Of a stretch of 42,272 nt of DNA, positions 25,712-34,772 are shown piece by piece (positions within the stretch are counted from its first letter, which is position 1; the number at the start of each line of letters is the position of its first letter). The stretch lies in the IMG/VR virus record IMGVR_UViG_2529292726_000021. One strand, 5' to 3'. The notes below the pieces were generated by a model. The model searched no databases. It was not told the DNA's origin and saw only the letters and a program-made list of their open reading frames with translations. The DNA is from a virus (Duplodnaviria; Heunggongvirae; Uroviricota; Caudoviricetes). Position numbers and translations under genes: made by a program.

Positions 25712-26095
25712 GTGTTTATTGAAGCGTTTGCAAGTTTGATGCAGAAGGCAAAGATTGGCACGGTCGGGACTGACATTTTCTGTCACTACTTGCCTGCCAA
25801 TGTGAAATCTGGCGTCCTGCTTATTAACCCAAATACCGGTATCAGCATCGATCATGAGCTACAGGGCTTTTACCACGAATCATTCACAATAATTGTGCGT
25901 GGTTCGTCAATTACTACGACGGTTGAGAAAGCCAATAAAATCATTGAGATGTTTCCAGTAGAGGAAACGGAATCTGGTGGTGTTTATTTTCGACTGGTAC
26001 GACCGATGGCGATGCCAATCATTTATCCCAAAAATGATGGGGCATTAATAGAAGCAGGCATTCCTATTGAATTTGCTGGCTATTTATTGAATTAA
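25712..26095 (+). CDS. tail completion candidate (~127 aa)
   Basis: GTG 25712 with GAGAGG upstream chosen because the track ORF start 25589 overlaps the previous gene; start uncertain. Confidence 0.4.
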   Translation: MFIEAFASLMQKAKIGTVGTDIFCHYLPANVKSGVLLINPNTGISIDHELQGFYHESFTIIVRGSSITTTVEKANKIIEMFPVEETESGGVYFRLVRPMAMPIIYPKNDGALIEAGIPIEFAGYLLN

Positions 26096-26169
26096 CTCAA
26101 TTGGTAAGTATATACTTACTATTAGCGCAATGAATGCGTAGAATTAACGGAAAAAGGAGTTTTCCATCA

Positions 26170-26916
26170 ATGTCTAATACCCATGTAAAAAACATCAAAC
26201 TTGGTGCCTGTAAGGTGTCGTTTGGTGGTGTGGATTTGGGTTACACCAAAGGTGGTGTTCAGGTTGAAATCGCAACCGAAACGCTGAAAGTGACCGTAGA
26301 CCAGCTGGGCCAGACCACGATCTCCGAGCTGATCCAGGGCCGCAACATCACCATTACTGCGCCGCTGGCTGAATCCGTGTTGAAAAACATGGTCGATCTG
26401 ATGCCAGGTTCCACGCTGAGTTCTGGCGAAGATACCGTAACCATCACGTCTGCGCAGGGAGTGAACCTGATCGACGTTGCGAAAGAGTTGGTGCTGACCC
26501 CGCAGGATGCGACGGATTATGTTCTGACCATCCCTAAAGCAGCAACCGCGGGTAACTTCACCATGACCTACCAGTCTGACGACGTTCGCGTGTTCTCAGT
26601 TGAGTTTTCCGCTTACCCGGACGACGCTGGCGTGTTGGGGAAAATGAGCCTCCCAAAGCCGGTTGAGAGCGTCACGCTGACCCCGTCTTCACCGACCGTA
26701 AAAGTGGGCACTAAAGTTCAATTGAGCGCAACCTTCACCCCGGCCGATGCAACCAATAAGACTGGCGTGTGGAGCTCTGATGCGACTGATAAAGCGACCG
26801 TAGATCAGAACGGACTGGTAACTGGTAAAGCTGTCGGTTCAGCCAATATCACCTTCACAACTAATGACGGTGCCAAGAAGGCGACCAAAGCCGTCTCTGT
26901 AACTGCCGCAAGCTAA
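26170..26916 (+). CDS. major tail protein with C-terminal Ig-like domain
   Basis: ATG 26170 with AAAAAGGAG upstream; C-terminal Big_2-like repeat; lies immediately before the G/GT chaperone pair. Confidence 0.65.
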   Translation: MSNTHVKNIKLGACKVSFGGVDLGYTKGGVQVEIATETLKVTVDQLGQTTISELIQGRNITITAPLAESVLKNMVDLMPGSTLSSGEDTVTITSAQGVNLIDVAKELVLTPQDATDYVLTIPKAATAGNFTMTYQSDDVRVFSVEFSAYPDDAGVLGKMSLPKPVESVTLTPSSPTVKVGTKVQLSATFTPADATNKTGVWSSDATDKATVDQNGLVTGKAVGSANITFTTNDGAKKATKAVSVTAAS

Positions 26917-26978
26917 ATTGTGATAACCCAAGAGGCCCATGGATGGGCCTCTGTATGAGTTTAAAAGGATTTTAACCA

Positions 26979-27296
26979 ATGACCAAATTACTCGATCTCG
27001 ATTCCATTCTGCCTCCGAAGAAAAGCATCAAATTTGGCGGTCAGGAATATCCCATCGTTGAAATGACGGTAGGTCTGTTCGTTTCCATCAAGCAGATGGA
27101 AGGCAAAGATCTCATGAACATGTCTCCTGTTGAGCAAGTGACAGCTTATGCAGATCTGGTTCGTAAGGTTATCCCTTCAGTACCTGACGAAGTTCTTGAA
27201 AAACTGACTGTTCCGCAACTCCAGCAGATCTTCACCTTCGCTATGGAAGTGATTGATGAAGAAAACGAAAAAGCGGCTGGCGAAGGGGCAAAGTAA
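26979..27296 (+). CDS. tail assembly chaperone (lambda G-like)
   Basis: 105 aa, acidic C-terminus, immediately upstream of the tape measure gene. Confidence 0.65.
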   Translation: MTKLLDLDSILPPKKSIKFGGQEYPIVEMTVGLFVSIKQMEGKDLMNMSPVEQVTAYADLVRKVIPSVPDEVLEKLTVPQLQQIFTFAMEVIDEENEKAAGEGAK

Positions 27297-27646
27297 TTTC
27301 CCGCGATGAATCCGGGACAAGGACCGTCTCAATAGATCTCGGATTCTATTTCAGTCGTGTAGTTGCTCACTACGCCGTGTCGCCATTAGAGCTACTGAAC
27401 GTTCCTCTCACGATGTTCTGGATGCTCAGTCGCAATATAGACCGTCTGCGTGCGGAAGAGGATGTCCGCAACTTACAAGTCGCTCGTGCGTCCCAGGCGG
27501 ATGGCGAGGCTGTGAAGGCGTTCATGGAGGGTTTGCAACTCAGGATTGGAAGACCAGTCGTAACAGATAAAGTCTACGATCCAAGCCAGGATAAGGCAGA
27601 CCCTGACGCCAAAGAGCAACTGATGCAAATATTTGGCAGAGGATGA
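26979..27646 (+). CDS. tail assembly chaperone GT-like fusion via programmed -1 frameshift (putative)
   Basis: The -1 frame is open from 27200 to the TGA at 27644-27646; candidate slip sites GAA-AAA-C (27198-27204) and GAA-AAA-G (27267-27273). Confidence 0.4.
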
Positions 27647-27653
27647 CAAGGGA

Positions 27654-30600
27654 ATGTCACAAAACGTAGAGTTTATCCTGTCGCTGGAAGACAAACAGTT
27701 TACAGCGTCAATCGATCGTGCGGGGAAACTGCTTACTCGATTTGGTGAGCAGGTAACAAAGCCTGCTCAAAAAATCCAAACCTTTGAACGCTCTTTGGGT
27801 TCGGTCGCCCGTATCATTGGCGTTCTGGAAAGCAAGCTCGATTCTACGGCAGATAAACTACAGGATGTAGCTGCCGGTTTTGAGCTTGCTTCAGATGCTA
27901 CGCGTAAAATGCGTGGCAACATCACCAGCCTCAATTCTGGTCTTAAAGCCCTGATTGAGCGCGTCGATACGACAACTTCTTCAGTAGATAAACTCACCGC
28001 GTCATTACGTAAAGTGCAATCAGAGCTAAATGATTTCTCTGATTGGGCGACCTATGCAAGCAAAAGCGCAAGCCGCTTTGGTACGGAGGTCAAAGAAGCC
28101 TCTGCGTCCGTGAGTGGCATGAATACGCGCCTTAATACCACGACGAAGCGACTCAGTAATTGGGGTGTCTCAACGAGTCAGGCTGCCGAGGGACTGAAAA
28201 AGGTTCGTGAGCAGATGGACGAAGTTATCGGACGTCAGCAACTGATTAGCAAGCCGGTACGCGTTCGTACATCTGGAGGTAGCGATGGTGGCAGCGGGCG
28301 GCGTAGCGGCTCTGGCCATAGCGGTAAAAGTAACGAAGGAGGTATGTTCTCTGGCCTTCGTGGCAACATTTTCCTGCTTGGCGAGATCGGAGATGCAGCC
28401 AGAACGGTTACTGACATCATGTTTGGGTGGCAGAAGCCTATTGTTGAAGCTGCGGCCGAAATGGAACGTATGCGGGTGATGCTTCGAGGGTTGAATAAGG
28501 AGAAGTCCAACCCGGGCCAGGCTGCCGCTGATGATATGAAGTACATCGTAGACATGGCTCAAAATGCGCCGTTCGCGATGCAGGCGTTAACAGACTCCTT
28601 CGTGAAGTTTCGTTCTGCTGGCTTAGATCCAACCGATGGTTCTCTGAAGGCGCTGGTGGACTCCGTTGCTCGTTTTGGTGGTGATAGTGAGCTGTTGAAA
28701 CGTGCGGCTGTGGCCGTTCAGCAGATGTCCGGTAAGGGCGTTGTGTCAATGGAAGAGCTACGTCAGCAATTAGGTGAAGCCGTTCCTAACGCGATGCAGG
28801 CAATGGCAGACGCCGCAGGCATCACTATGGGGGAACTGACTAAAGCCGTTGCCAGCGGTACGGTTGAGGCAAAACAGGCGTTGTCTCTGATGTTTGTTGG
28901 TCTGCGTGCGGAGAATGAGAACGCAGCGAAAGACATGATGCAAACCTACACAGGTGCGCTGGCGCAACTTCAGACGTCATTCACGTTATTTGCTGATCGG
29001 GTTGGTCAGGCCGGATATCTGGATTCTCTATCGAAGGGGATGAAAGAACTGGCTTCAATCATGAATAGCGCCGAAGGGATTTCGTTTGCCAATTCTTTAG
29101 GTTCGGGGTTAACAACGGCAATCGATGGGTTGCGTCAGCTTGCTCAATGGTTAGCAAAGAACCAAGAGCTGGTAATTAATCTCGGTAAGGTCGTGGCCGC
29201 GATGGTTGCGTTCAAACTGATGCGAGCAGGGATCATGGGGGTAGTTGGCGCTGGGAGCCAGATGGTTAGCACCTTTGCCACGATGGCGACCGCCATACAG
29301 ACTCCATTTAACCTCGGCGCTACAGCAGTAACTCGATTCAATCGTGCGGCACGTATGGGGCTGGCTCCGATCCCCTCTCTTATTTTCGCCATCCGTGGGG
29401 CGATTACGGGGCTTAAAGGCGCTTTTGCTGGATTAACGGCGTTCATTGCAGCAAACCCTATAGGGGCAGCATTTACAGTTGCCACAGTAGCTGTTGCTGG
29501 CCTAATCACGTACATGACCATGCTCCGCAGCGAAACTTCAAAGGTCGTTGACGAGATTAGGAAAATACCAGAGGCGATGACGGCGGCCAAACGTGCACAA
29601 ATGGCCGAGTACAAAGCGCGTCTTGAGCAACAAATCACGCAAAAGGAACAAGAGTTAAAATCTGGCGAAAAGGTGGTTTATGGGCCGGGTATGGCCGGAA
29701 CAACAGTAAAGATTAATCATGATGAACGTAAGCGAATAGAAAATGAGCTAAATGAACTTCGTAAGAAACGCGATGAAACCAATGAAACTATTGCCAGAGG
29801 GGATTTGGCTGTAGCCAAACGTCTGGCAAAAGAGACGGCAGAATCCCAGATAGAGAAAATACTCGAAGAGAATAGAGACTTTGCGGCAACGTTCGTGAAA
29901 GCTCGTCAGGAGGCTCTGGAGAAAATCCAGAAAATCAAGGATGACGGTTCACTTTCGGATGACGAAAAGAACAAGCTATTGGCACCGTTACGTGAAACGG
30001 TAAACAAAAGCTATCTGGAGCCTGCGCAAAAACTGGTTGATTCACTTTCTTCTCGTAAGAATGCGACCGAGAAGCAAATCGCGACTCTTAATGATCAGCT
30101 TGAAAAAGCGAAAAAGGAAGGAAATACCGAGCAGATTCAGAAACTGCAAGGAAGTATTCGTGGCTATCAGGAGCATTTGGAAGTCGTTGCTCAGGAACTG
30201 ACTCAGGCAGAGTTTAAGAGGGATAACGCGGCCAAAAGTGGTAATGGCTTAGTGTCAATCAATGGAGATGTTCTTGGGTTAGGTACAACTGATAAAGCTG
30301 CTCAGAAGGCGCTGGCGCAATATATGCGAAACCAGATGGATTCTGCGACTTATCAGCGTACTTTGCCTGACGGCACTCCGATGATGGACTTCGAAGGTAA
30401 GCCGATTATTGGGCCTAAACAACTCAAGACGCAGCTTAATTTGCAGAAAGCATCCAGTGCCAGCTCTCTGGAGAAAATGAGCGATGAAGAGCGTGCCGCA
30501 GCCATTGCTGCACTGACTAAAGCTCGTGAACAGGATGCAGCAGCTGCCGAGAAAGCAGCCCAACGATCAGCTAACGCCTCGCAGCGTGCGGCCAAGAAGG

Positions 30601-32228
30601 AACAGGCAGCGCAACAGAAACTGGCAGCCGGATATCAGAAGGCTCTGGATAAAGCCGATCAGCTTATGGGGCAAATGGGTGAAAGCTCTAAGGCTACGGT
30701 ATCGTTTGATCAGTCTCTTCGCGATACAACGAAATCGCTGACAGATTTGGCTAATGCGGTTCCTAACGAGTTCATCACTCAAGAGATGATCGACAAGGCG
30801 AAAAAACGTCTTGAAGACCTCAAAAATGCGACACCTGAATATCGCGAGATGTTTAATCGCCGCAATGTTGAGCAGATGATCTCCACTTGGGCACCGGAGG
30901 CGGATTCCATTATTAGTGCTGGCTATACGCCGTCTCGCGAAGAGAAAGTTGCTGATTTCGAAGACACCTACAACCGCAATCTCAAAGCGTTGATAGAACT
31001 TCGTGATAAGGCGTCTGATCCTAAAGTCGTGGCGCTTTATACAAAGAAAATCAATCAACTTATTGCTGCTGGCAATACCGCGCTTATTAAAGAGACGGGG
31101 ACCGCGACGCAGAAGTTGGCACTGGAATACGAAAACCTGGCAGAGCAGATCGAAAGCACCTGGACTGATTTGTTTAGTGGCTTAACTGATGTCCTGACTG
31201 ATTTCGTTATTAACGGGAAGATGAGCTTCTCCAGCCTATCTCAGTCCATTTTGAAAGATATCACCAATATGGTCGTGAAGTCGCAAATCACGCTGCCTCT
31301 AATGAACATGTTGGGGATGGGAACCACCGCAGCTGGTAGTTCACAGAGTGGCAATTTGCTCACTGGAGTTGCTTCTGCCGTTGCCAATCAAGGTGTACGA
31401 ATGGGCAACACTGTTAATGGCGACAAGTCGGTAGGAGAAGCCACGAAGGAGACGTCCAGTTCGGTAACTGGATTGGGGCAAACAACACAGCAGACCACCA
31501 GCGCAATTGGCACAGCAACAAATGCGATTGGTAGCTGGGTATCGGGGCTATTTGATAGCACCGAAGCCAAAGATGCTGAGACAAAAGCAGTGAAGGACTC
31601 CATCTTTTCGATGCAGAACCTCAGCTCTGTTACCGGCGCGCTGTCTGCCGCGTTTGCAATGCTTGGAGCTAATGCTTCCGGCTCTGGTAATAAGTGGTTG
31701 AGTTTTGGAGCAACGGTTGCATCTGGTCTTGTTTCAGCTTGGGCTGGCGGTGGATTCGATGGATTGATGTCCGGTTCTTCTGGCTCAACTTCCGGGTTCA
31801 ACAATCTGACCAGTTCTGCTGCCGATGGCACGAATGGTATTCCTGCAATTCCGAAGTTTGCAAATGGTGGCATATTCGGAAAAGACGGCGTGATCCCGCT
31901 CCGGGCATACCAGAAAGGCGGTATCGCCAACTCCCCTCAATTGGCGTTGTTTGGGGAAGGCGATATGAATGAGGCGTATGTTCCATTGCCTGATGGCCGA
32001 ACAATCCCTGTAACGCTCAGTACCGATGGTATGAGTGGAGGCGGAAATGTTCTTTCTCCTGTATCAATTGAGATCAACGTCCATAGTGACGGTAGCACGA
32101 CAGAATCCGGCGATACAGAAAGCATATGGAACAATGCCGCTCAACGGATGAAAGCAATCGCGCTTGAGACTATCGCTCAAGAGAAACGCCCTGGCGGATC
32201 ACTCAACCCAAACACTCAACGTAACTAA
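27654..32228 (+). CDS. tail tape measure protein
   Basis: About 1524 codons from ATG 27654 (AAGGGA upstream); coiled-coil-prone N-terminal half, hydrophobic Gly/Ala-rich central segment; follows G/GT. Confidence 0.85.
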   Translation: MSQNVEFILSLEDKQFTASIDRAGKLLTRFGEQVTKPAQKIQTFERSLGSVARIIGVLESKLDSTADKLQDVAAGFELASDATRKMRGNITSLNSGLKALIERVDTTTSSVDKLTASLRKVQSELNDFSDWATYASKSASRFGTEVKEASASVSGMNTRLNTTTKRLSNWGVSTSQAAEGLKKVREQMDEVIGRQQLISKPVRVRTSGGSDGGSGRRSGSGHSGKSNEGGMFSGLRGNIFLLGEIGDAARTVTDIMFGWQKPIVEAAAEMERMRVMLRGLNKEKSNPGQAAADDMKYIVDMAQNAPFAMQALTDSFVKFRSAGLDPTDGSLKALVDSVARFGGDSELLKRAAVAVQQMSGKGVVSMEELRQQLGEAVPNAMQAMADAAGITMGELTKAVASGTVEAKQALSLMFVGLRAENENAAKDMMQTYTGALAQLQTSFTLFADRVGQAGYLDSLSKGMKELASIMNSAEGISFANSLGSGLTTAIDGLRQLAQWLAKNQELVINLGKVVAAMVAFKLMRAGIMGVVGAGSQMVSTFATMATAIQTPFNLGATAVTRFNRAARMGLAPIPSLIFAIRGAITGLKGAFAGLTAFIAANPIGAAFTVATVAVAGLITYMTMLRSETSKVVDEIRKIPEAMTAAKRAQMAEYKARLEQQITQKEQELKSGEKVVYGPGMAGTTVKINHDERKRIENELNELRKKRDETNETIARGDLAVAKRLAKETAESQIEKILEENRDFAATFVKARQEALEKIQKIKDDGSLSDDEKNKLLAPLRETVNKSYLEPAQKLVDSLSSRKNATEKQIATLNDQLEKAKKEGNTEQIQKLQGSIRGYQEHLEVVAQELTQAEFKRDNAAKSGNGLVSINGDVLGLGTTDKAAQKALAQYMRNQMDSATYQRTLPDGTPMMDFEGKPIIGPKQLKTQLNLQKASSASSLEKMSDEERAAAIAALTKAREQDAAAAEKAAQRSANASQRAAKKEQAAQQKLAAGYQKALDKADQLMGQMGESSKATVSFDQSLRDTTKSLTDLANAVPNEFITQEMIDKAKKRLEDLKNATPEYREMFNRRNVEQMISTWAPEADSIISAGYTPSREEKVADFEDTYNRNLKALIELRDKASDPKVVALYTKKINQLIAAGNTALIKETGTATQKLALEYENLAEQIESTWTDLFSGLTDVLTDFVINGKMSFSSLSQSILKDITNMVVKSQITLPLMNMLGMGTTAAGSSQSGNLLTGVASAVANQGVRMGNTVNGDKSVGEATKETSSSVTGLGQTTQQTTSAIGTATNAIGSWVSGLFDSTEAKDAETKAVKDSIFSMQNLSSVTGALSAAFAMLGANASGSGNKWLSFGATVASGLVSAWAGGGFDGLMSGSSGSTSGFNNLTSSAADGTNGIPAIPKFANGGIFGKDGVIPLRAYQKGGIANSPQLALFGEGDMNEAYVPLPDGRTIPVTLSTDGMSGGGNVLSPVSIEINVHSDGSTTESGDTESIWNNAAQRMKAIALETIAQEKRPGGSLNPNTQRN

Positions 32229-32270
32229 CTATCGACTGCCCCGGTCGGGGCAGTCTCACAAGGATGTGAG

Positions 32271-32606
32271 ATGGAAAGACAAACGTTTAATTGGTATCCA
32301 GATTACGAATCTGAAAAGAGCGTAAAACCGAATGTAACGGTACTTAATTTTGGTGATGACTACGAGCAGCGACAGGCTCAAGGTCTTAATCGTATTAAAG
32401 AAGAATGGTCGTTAACCTTTACCAGATCATACAACGAAATTAATGCAATCGATGATTTCCTGACTGAGCGATCAGGTGTTGAATCGTTCTATTGGGTTAA
32501 TCCAAGAGGCAAGCAGATTGTAGTTGTATGTGACAGTCATACGGTCAAGCGATATCAGGGGTACTGTGTCTTAACTGCTACATTCAGACAAGTATTTGAG
32601 GCTTAA
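32271..32606 (+). CDS. minor tail protein, lambda gpM-like
   Basis: 111 aa; FGDDYEQR and ESFYWVNP segments recalled as matching lambda M; position after tape measure. Confidence 0.7.
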   Translation: MERQTFNWYPDYESEKSVKPNVTVLNFGDDYEQRQAQGLNRIKEEWSLTFTRSYNEINAIDDFLTERSGVESFYWVNPRGKQIVVVCDSHTVKRYQGYCVLTATFRQVFEA

Positions 32607-32688
32607 GCATCTGGATAAGTAAGTACTAATTTACTATCATTGTGGCGCTGACAGGATGTTAGCGCCTACTTATTTCAAGGATGAAACA

Positions 32689-33387
32689 ATGGGAATTAAA
32701 GCTGATATTCAGAGCTTATCTCCCTCTGCACTCATTGAGTTGTTCGTACTGGATATGTCGAACACAACTTCAGGGGGGAAGCTATTCTTCCACGCCGGAA
32801 CAAACGAACTGATGCAACCGGTCGTCTGGCAAGGAGTGACATACGAGCCGTGGCCAATCAAAGCATCAGGCTTTGACAAAACTGGCCAGGGAACGTTGCC
32901 ACGTCCAAAAATTCAGGTATCGAACTTTGCCGGAACCGTCTCTGCGGAAGTTCAGGCGAACGACGATCTTGTTGGCTGCCGCATTATTCGCAAGATGACG
33001 CTGGCTCGCTTCCTCGATGCCGTTAATTTTAAAGACGGTAATCCAACAGCAGATCCAAACCAACATTTCCCGGATGAAATGTGGTTTATCGAACAGAAAA
33101 CGCTCGAAACTCATCAGGTTGTCGAGTTTGAGTTGTCCAGTGTGTTCGATTTGATGGGGGTGCAACTGCCGTATCGTCAGATCATTAAAAACACCTGCCC
33201 GTGGAAATACCGAGGGCCAGAATGCGGCTATACCGGTCCATATTTCGACAAAAATAACCAGCAGACGTCTATGTCTGGTGCTGATTACTGCACAAAACGT
33301 TATGACGCCTGTAATGCGCGTCGGAATTATTTTGCCAACGGAGTGATCCATTTTGGCGGGTTTATTGGAGCTACGCGATATGGGTAA
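32689..33387 (+). CDS. minor tail protein, lambda gpL-like
   Basis: ARFLDAVNF, CPWKYRGPECGYTGP and FGGFIG segments match remembered lambda L; start moved to ATG 32689 (AAGGA upstream). Confidence 0.8.
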   Translation: MGIKADIQSLSPSALIELFVLDMSNTTSGGKLFFHAGTNELMQPVVWQGVTYEPWPIKASGFDKTGQGTLPRPKIQVSNFAGTVSAEVQANDDLVGCRIIRKMTLARFLDAVNFKDGNPTADPNQHFPDEMWFIEQKTLETHQVVEFELSSVFDLMGVQLPYRQIIKNTCPWKYRGPECGYTGPYFDKNNQQTSMSGADYCTKRYDACNARRNYFANGVIHFGGFIGATRYG

Positions 33388-34177
33388 TAAAGCAATCCCT
33401 GAGCTTGGCTCTGATGTTATGCAGCAAATCTATCTCTGCGCCATAAATCGCTACCCTAATGAAGCGTGTGGCTTTCTGGTGAGAACTAATGGCGACAAAT
33501 ATCGCTTTATGGAAGCGCGAAATGTTTCGGAGAACCCGCAGAACACTTTTGTAATGCACGTTGACGACATTATGGCGGCAGAGGATGCGGGTGATGTTAT
33601 CGCAATCTGGCATTCACATACTGATGAATCAGCAGAAGCATCTGATGCCGATCGTGCAGGCTGTGAAGCGACGGAAGTTCCGTGGATGATTCTGGCTATT
33701 CGCAAGAATGTTGAGGGAGATGCCCCTTTCCATTTTAGCGAGATGAATGTGATCACACCTGATGGTTTCGAAATGCCATACCTGGGTAGACCGTATGTAT
33801 TTGGCGTATTCGATTGCTGGATGTTGTGTCGGGACTATTTGAAGCGTGAGTTTAACGTCGAACTAAACCCGAACGCACACCTGCATATTCCATCGTGGTA
33901 CACCGGCGATAACGACATTCTCGATCAGAACTACCGTAACGAGGGATTGGTGCGTCTTGCGCCCGGAACAGAGCCTCAACGTGGGGACGTATTCTTTATC
34001 CAATACGGGAAAATGCCTGACCACTGCGCGGTTTATATCGGCGATGGAATGATTCTTCATCACCAGATCGACCGCCTAAGTTGTCGTGCTTATTACGGCG
34101 GAATGTATCAGAAACATACGACGCATCACTTGCGTCACAGAGACTTGCTCAAGGGAGATGAGACGTGTCTGAGTTAG
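33380..34177 (+). CDS. tail assembly protein, lambda gpK-like (JAMM/MPN plus NlpC/P60)
   Basis: Exact JAMM motif HSHTDESAEASDAD (H-x-H-x7-S-x2-D); downstream Cys and His consistent with NlpC/P60; ATG overlaps the end of the L-like gene. Confidence 0.8.
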   Translation: MGNKAIPELGSDVMQQIYLCAINRYPNEACGFLVRTNGDKYRFMEARNVSENPQNTFVMHVDDIMAAEDAGDVIAIWHSHTDESAEASDADRAGCEATEVPWMILAIRKNVEGDAPFHFSEMNVITPDGFEMPYLGRPYVFGVFDCWMLCRDYLKREFNVELNPNAHLHIPSWYTGDNDILDQNYRNEGLVRLAPGTEPQRGDVFFIQYGKMPDHCAVYIGDGMILHHQIDRLSCRAYYGGMYQKHTTHHLRHRDLLKGDETCLS

Positions 34178-34755
34178 TTCATGTGCAGCTTGGCGGCCCT
34201 ATGGCCAAACATTTTGGCCGCCACTGGCATCTAAAGGTGCGTAATACAAAACAGGCTCTGGATTTAATTGAGGCCAACAAGCCTGGGTTTAAAGCATGGA
34301 TGAAGCGCAATATCAAAACCTATGACAGATACCACATCCAGATCACCAATAAACAGGGCCACAAGTGGTCTGTGGACGAGAGTGAATATCAGATGATGGG
34401 GCAGTCTGACAATATTGCAAAAATCCGCATTACACCTGTTCCGCGAGGAAGCGGTGGATCTGCTTTTGGATGGTTTCAGACGGTTGTTGGAGCAGTATTA
34501 ATGGTTGCCTCGATATGGGTGCCCGCTCTTGCGCCTCTCGGTTTGTCACTGATGATGGGCGGTATAGCGCAAATCATATCTCCGCAAGCCACTAACGAAA
34601 GTGTGAGGCAGGCGGATAACTCGAACTCTTATTACTTTGATGGACCTCAAAACACAACAAACCAGGGGAACCCTGTACAGCTTATCTATGGCGAGGAAAT
34701 TTTAGTTGGCTCACAGGTCGTGAGTTCTTCTATCACCATCGACCAGCTTATGTAA
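34165..34755 (+). CDS. tail assembly protein, lambda gpI-like
   Basis: GTG start with GGGAG upstream; hydrophobic C-terminal half; position between K-like and J-like genes. Confidence 0.65.
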   Translation: MSELVHVQLGGPMAKHFGRHWHLKVRNTKQALDLIEANKPGFKAWMKRNIKTYDRYHIQITNKQGHKWSVDESEYQMMGQSDNIAKIRITPVPRGSGGSAFGWFQTVVGAVLMVASIWVPALAPLGLSLMMGGIAQIISPQATNESVRQADNSNSYYFDGPQNTTNQGNPVQLIYGEEILVGSQVVSSSITIDQLM

Positions 34756-34772
34756 TCAAGGATTTTTTGGAC

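Noticed and set aside
13829-34767. Track start codons at TTG/GTG positions (e.g. 4388, 10564, 13829, 27633, 33353, 34767) and far-upstream ATGs (3914, 4790, 7703, 11891, 24806, 25589, 26134, 32656)
   Set aside because: Replaced by downstream ATG/GTG starts that have SD sequences and avoid overlap with terminators or upstream genes; the adjusted starts remain predictions.
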